In this document: positions 57,501 through 64,000 of the stretch, one piece after another
How the letters are laid out: the number at the start of each line of letters is the position of its first letter
Numbering within the stretch: position 1 is the first letter of the stretch
NCBI GenBank assembly: GCA_030141605.1
Contig: JAQGDQ010000901.1
Coordinates: 1-64,000, forward strand
Length of the DNA stretch: 64,000 bases
Direction: 5' to 3'
Source of the DNA: Tubiluchus corallicola
Lineage: Eukaryota > Animalia > Priapulida
Made by a program: the position numbers and the translations under genes
Notes under the pieces: generated by a model
Seen by the model: only the letters and a program-made list of their open reading frames with translations
The model's database searches: none
Told to the model about the DNA's origin: nothing

Positions 57501-58718
57501 ACTAAGCCACATTCATGGTATCATCCACACCTTGACCGTGCACAAGCAGGAAAAGTGTTAGATGAGCATGGGATGAAGAATGGGATGTATTTAATTCGCC
57601 CAAGCCTTCGCAGGGCTGGCGTTAGTGTGCTGACTATGGTATGTGATAATTCATTATTCAATTATGAAATAGAAATCAGCGGAAGTTGGGTATATATTGG
57701 CACTGGCCCTTTCCTAGATTCCTTGGAACATCTTATCGATCACTACACCCAGTTTCGCGATGGACTGCCAACTACATTAACTATTCCCATTCAAAGCCCA
57801 CATTATAAACCACCCGAAGAGTTGAGTAATTCTCATAATCATAGTGTGCTTGGCGGAACAACGGCTAGACGTGGAATACGCGAAATAAAACGCAAAGATA
57901 TTCACCTTGGAGAAGAAATTGGTGTAGGTGAATATGGATCAGTATTAAAGGGCATTTGGACTGACCCGTCTGGCACGAAGCATGAGGTAGCAGTGAAAAC
58001 TCTACTCGAAGGACATGGGCAGAACAAAGAGTTTTTACGAGAGGCGGATGTGATGATGAAGCTTCACCATGAATGCATTGTAGAGCTGATTGGTATCTGC
58101 CAACATTCGCCTGTAATGATTGTACAAGAACTTCTTCAAATGGGATCAATGCTAGACTTTTTACTGGACCATCCAAATAAAGTCAATCCTGACGAAGATC
58201 TAAAGTTATGGGCTGCGCAGATTGCTTGTGGTATGCACTACCTTGAAGGCCAGAATTTTGTTCACCGTGATCTAGCAGCAAGAAACATTTTACTTGCTAA
58301 CAAGCAGAAAGCTAAAATCAGTGATTTTGGTTTGTCCCGGGCTTGCAAGTTTGAAAAGGATTATTATAAGGCAACAGAAGGCGGACGCTGGCCTGTGAAG
58401 TGGTATGCACCTGAATGCATATATTTCGGGCGGTTCACACATGCCAGTGACGTGTGGAGTTATGGAGTCACTTTGTGGGAAATGTGGACATTTGGAGAGC
58501 AGCCTTACGGAGAGAAGAATGGCCAGCAGGTTCTGGCAATGATAGAAAATAAGGAACGCTTGCCCAGGCCATCAAAATCGCCACGCAAAATCTATGAGAT
58601 CATGCGACGTTGCTGGGAATACGAACCTGAAAAGCGGCCGACTTTTGCCACACTTTATCACATATTTGATACGGATCCAGATTATGGAAAGATTCGGGAA
58701 CTCATTGTGCCACGTTGA
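54509..58718 (+). CDS. shark: SHARK/HTK16 tyrosine kinase (SH2-ankyrin repeats-SH2-TK, 750 aa); exons 54509-54785, 56743-58718
   Basis: Exon 1 ends DRPAAEEILQRNGN and joins in phase to SEGLFLIRDS (SH2). About 5 ankyrin repeats (GSTALHIAA, GYTPLHSA, GMVPLHVAA). Second SH2 WYHP..YLIRPS. Kinase motifs GVGEYG, VAVK, HRDLAARN, DFG, DYYKA..WPVKWYAPE. Confidence 0.93.
55730..56500. repeat. Degenerate ~100-130-bp tandem array in the SHARK intron
   Basis: Recurrent units AATTTGCA.TGGATT.TCATGAAA.TTTATAGAAATATACTAG..CAAATTC..CA.TGA.TGA. Confidence 0.7.
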
Positions 58719-58992
58719 TGAGCAAAGAGTAAATAACGATTTGTGGTGTGCCAAACTCAGATGTTTTTATATAATTATGCTTAATTATTGCCTGCTTTAT
58801 GTGCATGTAATTATGGTCTATTGATTAATTTGTTAACATTAATGTTAATTCAACGAAACTGAATTTTTTTAGTAACTCTTTTTAATTCCCTGAAAGTTAT
58901 TATACACTATTTCGAATAATATTCTCATGATTACTTATTTTGCAGAGAACTTTGCCAGGTATTAAGATTTAGTAACTGTTTTTCATAATGTA

Positions 58993-59518
58993 CAGCAAAT
59001 TACGTATAACTTGAACTGGCATAACTTGAATTCTTGCGCATCTTGAACAGATCTCATGGAACAGATTTTCCTTTTCGTTTTTCCTTTTAACAAACATTAC
59101 GTAACTGGAAATTTGTAATTCGAATTATTGTGCAATTTGAACCGAAATTCCGGCACAGTTCTTAAGAATCTGATTGAAACATTGCACCACATTACGATTT
59201 CAACTGCTAATTCCAGCAAAAATACTAAGATTTCTTGTATTTCCTGAACAGAATGCTGTGCACAATATGGCTTAATGAACGTAGTTTAATGCAGATCACA
59301 ATATTATTATTGCCGAATTCTATTAACTATGCTACTCAGACTACAATGGGGGTGGACCAGTCATTTTATTTTTGATTATTCATAAATATTGTTGTTTGAC
59401 ATGTGATTAAAGGCCCAGTTTGACATTTTCACAGGCTGTAGTTTAACAAGTGCACTGTTTTGTTTTCTTGCAAACATCCGATCTGATCCGAGGTGTTCGA
59501 GTTATACATACTTTACCG
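58993..59518. mobile_element. Tigger/pogo-type MITE
   Basis: TA|CAGCAAATTACGTATAACTTGAAC ... GTTCGAGTTATACATACTTTACCG|TA; 21/26 inverted match including the TA TSD. Confidence 0.7.
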
Positions 59519-61103
59519 TAGTTTTAATATAAATTTTGATCCTCACATAGTAGTAATGTGATAACATAGTATATTCGAAGAATAGTTGTTTTAATAGTAT
59601 TTAATATTTAGTTAAATTAATATTAAGCATACTATATATCAAAGTTGCTGAACCATGAATACTATTACGTACACCTTACATTATTAAAATGATTAAACTT
59701 TATTAATTTGCCAAATCTCCATTTCTTATACATTTACTGTGCATGTAATTGCATAACTGGGGTATTATCAAGTGACATTTGTCATATTACAAATAAGTAT
59801 TTTATAAAGTTATTGTTAACATTAATTATTTAGATAAAACAGGAGCTTAATTTTTTAAATTGTAAAATTGTTGTTTAAACTACAATATCAGAGAATTGGT
59901 AAGTTTCAGGGGAATATATTATATATATATCGTCATATACATGGATCTTTCAATATCCTATGCATAATCAGGTTTATAACTATATTCAAAGAAACTATAG
60001 TCAATAAATAATAATTGTTTTCTTCTCAGTAAGTGCTGATACTAATTTTGATAGATCAGCACATTGTTTATAAAGTTTAAAATGTTAAAAAATTCAGTTT
60101 GAGAGTTTACCATTGTATTAACTTTTTTTACAACTGTAATGTCATTTTACTATAAATCTGAATTTACATTATTTTATGTAATTGCCTTGTTGTTGATATT
60201 ACTTGAAATAAATACTGACAGCTAATTTTATTAACTATAAGAATTTATAAAATTGTTTTAAGCACTGAATTTGTGTCCTACTAAATATTTTTGAATAAAA
60301 ATCAACAACTATTAATCGACATAGCACAGTTAACAGGCTACTGAACTTTGTAACAAGCAGAGGAAAGAAAAATGGAACTATTATACCTTTACAAACTTTC
60401 CAAATTTTTTATAATGAACAATGTCCGTTCTAAAAATAACCCGCTATATAATAAATTTTATTACTTTTTTCTAATGTAATGAAATTAAGCCTATTTGCAT
60501 TACGTTTCATTAACTTGATCAAGAACATAATGTTGCAGGTATGAAGTGAGCATAGAATTAATAAGGAAGTTAACTGAGTAAAGAATGTTTTAATTATATA
60601 GATACAGGCAGTATTTCGACATTCCGAAATACTGAAACTGTGTTAAGCTGGTTTGTTAATTTAAATTACTATAACACATGGAAAATAATTCTGCATGATA
60701 TAGACGGCATTTTTGCACTTTACAAAACATCTGATAACATTTACGTGAAAATCGGCATACATTCAGCCCCCTCCAAAGTTCAATGTAGCTATGCTACCTG
60801 TTTCTGGTCAAACGATTTTTCAACCCCAAATAGCCTCTTGCTAGGATTAATGAAAACCAGTGTACTAGGTCAGAGCAACATGCGAATGGTGCATAGAGAT
60901 GTGGAGCTGTTACGCTTACTGGAGTACAAAAGCATCCTAATAACCTTACACAAATAGTTGTGTTGTTGGTCTACTTATCCCTTAGCTACGATAATGCATG
61001 CAAAATTACTTGCTAGTGTAACTGCCTTCAGCACACAAGTAGCTTAAACTGAACACTAAAATTTAATGATAAGTTACTGACTTTTTTACAGAGCAGTAAA
61101 AGT

Positions 61104-62633
61104 ATGCAGTGTTTAATTAAAAAATTATTCTTTCTATTTTGTTGTGCATTACTATTAAGTAATTATGTGATCAACTCTCAGGAAGCAACAGAACATAGTT
61201 GTGAACAAAATGATATTGACACTGAAATAGTTCATGATGATGGAAAGTTTGGGGTTGCTAAACAACCACACTTCCTACATGATGTGGAAGACGAAACACT
61301 AGAAGAAGGTAAAAAAGATGCCTTATGTTTGAAGTGCAACATTACAAGTGATTATGATTTTAATATGCAGGGTGTGCTGGACGCAGCCGACGACTTGCTT
61401 GAAAGCAATAAAACTGATGCTGCATTGAAGGTTTACCGGGGTATACTAACACAACATAGTCTAAGTCCAAGAGCTCAGTACGGAATTGCTAGATCACTAG
61501 ATGCAAAAGCAGACGAGGAGAAAAGAAATGAACTGCTAGAACAAAGCATAGATGAATACTATAAACTTGTAAAAATGGACAATGTGCCACAATATCTGAT
61601 GAAGTTAGCAACTGAACGATTAATAGAGCGCATGAGATTTCGCGGCTGGCATTACGATGCTGTGGGTGTTTTGAATGAATTAATTCATCGTTTTCCAGAA
61701 GACTTGTACTTTTATCACCAAAAGGGGTCATTGTACATACTGATGGCAATGCCACATGAAGCTGAAAAAGTGTACAGAGAAATACTGGAAAAGAACTCCG
61801 ATGACGGACTAGCTCAGGCAAATCTTGGATTTATTCTTGATGCACATTACAATGATACAGAAGAAGCGGTGAAGTACCTGTCAGCTGGAATCAAAAGTGA
61901 TGCTGAAGGTGTGCATGACAGTAAGTTTTATATTTACCTTGGAGACGCTCTGATACGTTTAGATCGGAAAGCAGAAGCTTCAGAGATATTCTATAAAGGT
62001 GCCGAAAAAGGTCTGTTTCCGTCTGCTTATCAGCGATCACCTGATAAGTATAACATTGCTGGGCTGACAGCGCGACCCTGGTGGACGGCGGAAGAACTGG
62101 GAAGCGTAGAGGGTGTAAAAATGTTGGAAGATAACTGGGAAGTGATACGCGATGAGGCTTTAGCACAAATGGATGTGAAGAAAGGGGTGTTTCAGTTAGA
62201 TAAACAGAAACTTGCAGAAGAAGGTGAATGGAAACAATTTGTGTTATTTGATCACGGTAAAGTTGTTGAATCTGCTTGCAAGAAAGCTCCACGCACATGC
62301 GGCATAATTAGTCAAATTCCTGGAGCTGCAACATGTCGACGTGGCCGCACAAAATTTTCGGTAATTCAGCCTGGCACTCACATATGGCCGCATGTGGGAC
62401 CAACCAACCAGCGCATACGAGCCCATCTTGGCTTAGTGACACCCCCTGGAGCAAAAATCAGAGTCATCGATGAGGAACGAGAATGGAAAGCTGGAAAAGT
62501 ATTGATATTTGACGACTCGTTTGAACATGAGGTCTGGAACAATGCTGACACATATCGATTGATTTTAATCATTGATTTTTGGCACCCGGATATAAGTAAA
62601 GAATTACAAGATACTCTTGAAGATATTTTGTAG
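61104..62633 (+). CDS. ASPH: Aspartyl/asparaginyl beta-hydroxylase-like protein (509 aa, single coding exon)
   Basis: Hydrophobic N-terminal signal or anchor, acidic stretch, TPR-like helices, and the 2OG-Fe(II) domain YQRS..GLTARPWW, LEDNWEVIRDE, FSVIQPGTHIWPHVGPTN.RIRAHLGL, FDDSFEHEVWN, RLILIIDFWHP. Confidence 0.93.
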   Translation: MQCLIKKLFFLFCCALLLSNYVINSQEATEHSCEQNDIDTEIVHDDGKFGVAKQPHFLHDVEDETLEEGKKDALCLKCNITSDYDFNMQGVLDAADDLLESNKTDAALKVYRGILTQHSLSPRAQYGIARSLDAKADEEKRNELLEQSIDEYYKLVKMDNVPQYLMKLATERLIERMRFRGWHYDAVGVLNELIHRFPEDLYFYHQKGSLYILMAMPHEAEKVYREILEKNSDDGLAQANLGFILDAHYNDTEEAVKYLSAGIKSDAEGVHDSKFYIYLGDALIRLDRKAEASEIFYKGAEKGLFPSAYQRSPDKYNIAGLTARPWWTAEELGSVEGVKMLEDNWEVIRDEALAQMDVKKGVFQLDKQKLAEEGEWKQFVLFDHGKVVESACKKAPRTCGIISQIPGAATCRRGRTKFSVIQPGTHIWPHVGPTNQRIRAHLGLVTPPGAKIRVIDEEREWKAGKVLIFDDSFEHEVWNNADTYRLILIIDFWHPDISKELQDTLEDIL

Positions 62634-64000
62634 ATAGTATGATGTACCATTCACGTATTATACATCAAAGGTACAGAATAACTTGCTAACAAGATATAAT
62701 CAAACAATATAATGCCACAGAACTCTCTATACAAACTTGTATTTTTATGAAAGAATTTCACGGTAATTTTAATTTTGACCACCAAACCCTTGTAAGAAAG
62801 TGTAATCCACTGAGAAAGTTTATCATCGATAAATTGGCACATGTACCAGAAAAGTGTTTAAATTTTACAATGTAAGGGAGCTGAGGTTACGTATCCCAAA
62901 AAATCTCATATGAGATAAAAATTTCCAGCTATTATCATATTATCATATAGCGATTGCTTCGTGTTTTGTACGGATAATATAGCACGGGTAGGTTAAAGCA
63001 AGATAGGGTTACATTTTTCTTGTACTACAAAAATCAGCAAAAATTATGGTTTTGTAGTTTTTGGTAACATTTCAAATGCCTACATTGCAAAGTACGTCAG
63101 CACGTTCATTGTGATTCTCATATTAACCTATCGATTATAGTACCGTTAAAACTGTGAAACATGAAGGATTCACATCACCATCATGGCCTTTGATATATGA
63201 GAATTTCATGTGGACATCTTAAAGTTTAAAACAGTTTAGTCATTTCAAAAATACATAAGAAGACTAATGCACGTATTCAAAATGCATTCTCAATACAAAC
63301 TACAAAAACTTTGTAGACAGTTATTTTCTGAATAAAGACTGCCACTTTATGCATTTACGTTTTTTTTAAATTGTCTCCTTTTATATATTTTTTGCAATAA
63401 TATTAACTGGTATGCACATTTTTTGGTATATAACTGGAAAATAGTCTAGCTATTTTCTTCTAATTACTCCATCAAGCATCTTCCACAGTAACATAGTTAA
63501 CCAGGGATGACATTACAAGTATGTTACTTTTGAGCATTATTCGTTATCAACTTGTTTTTGTTGTTGTTGTCATAGTCAGCACTATCGCTGCTGCTTGTAA
63601 CAGTGTTTCAAAAATTTATTAGCCATCTATTATTCGTGATAAACTAGGGACTGTAATCTTGAAACCGTGTGTTCAAGAAGTTTCACTATTTTGTGAAGAA
63701 ACTTTATGCATGCAAAATAAATGTCGTAAGTACCGCCTTACGCATAGTAAAATAAAACACTTACAAAATTTTACGTTTAACAACATGGTTAGCATTTCCT
63801 TAACAACAGAAAGTTGTGCTTTAACTGTACTTACTTAAACAAAACAAAGTAAGCGTTACCAACAGTCCAGAATGGCAGCTTGTAGACCACATCTTGTTTG
63901 CTGTCACACTGAATGCCAGAATGACATATTCAGAATTTGTTTACCAGCCATAAATCGAACACAACAGTCAACTTAAATTTGTATCTTTTATCGAAGCTTT

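Noticed and set aside
62619-62633. ASPH C-terminus EDIL as an ER-retention signal
   Set aside because: It does not fit the KDEL-type consensus (xDEL/xxEL) well enough to claim.

Overview
AT-rich, intron-containing animal DNA, probably an invertebrate since it has a SHARK/HTK16 kinase. Gene models were assembled by eye from splice sites and reading phase. Host genes, left to right: a 4-exon orphan coiled-coil/membrane gene (-) head-to-head with an apparently decayed ARMH2-like gene (+); a 4-exon LRRC58/LRRC28-like LRR gene ending in a CaaX box (-); two tail-to-tail RDH11-14-type short-chain dehydrogenases; a SHARK tyrosine kinase; and an intronless ASPH-like hydroxylase. The main mobile feature is a young, complete 7.9-kb Gmr1-type Ty3/Gypsy LTR retrotransposon. 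It has 1200-bp LTRs, a CCATC target-site duplication, a tRNA-Leu PBS and one gag-pol ORF in the order PR-IN-RT-RH with a SCAN-like capsid domain, and it lies inside a Tigger-type MITE inside an intron of the LRR gene. A second nest at 51-54 kb has a Helitron inserted in reverse into the 5' end of a sister Helitron, a second Helitron 3' end beyond a TG-rich tract, and a TIR element around all of it, between two divergent genes. Also present: degraded LINEs, a mariner relic, several MITEs, a Harbinger fragment and a possible Polinton capsid remnant. All family assignments come from recalled motifs; no searches were run.
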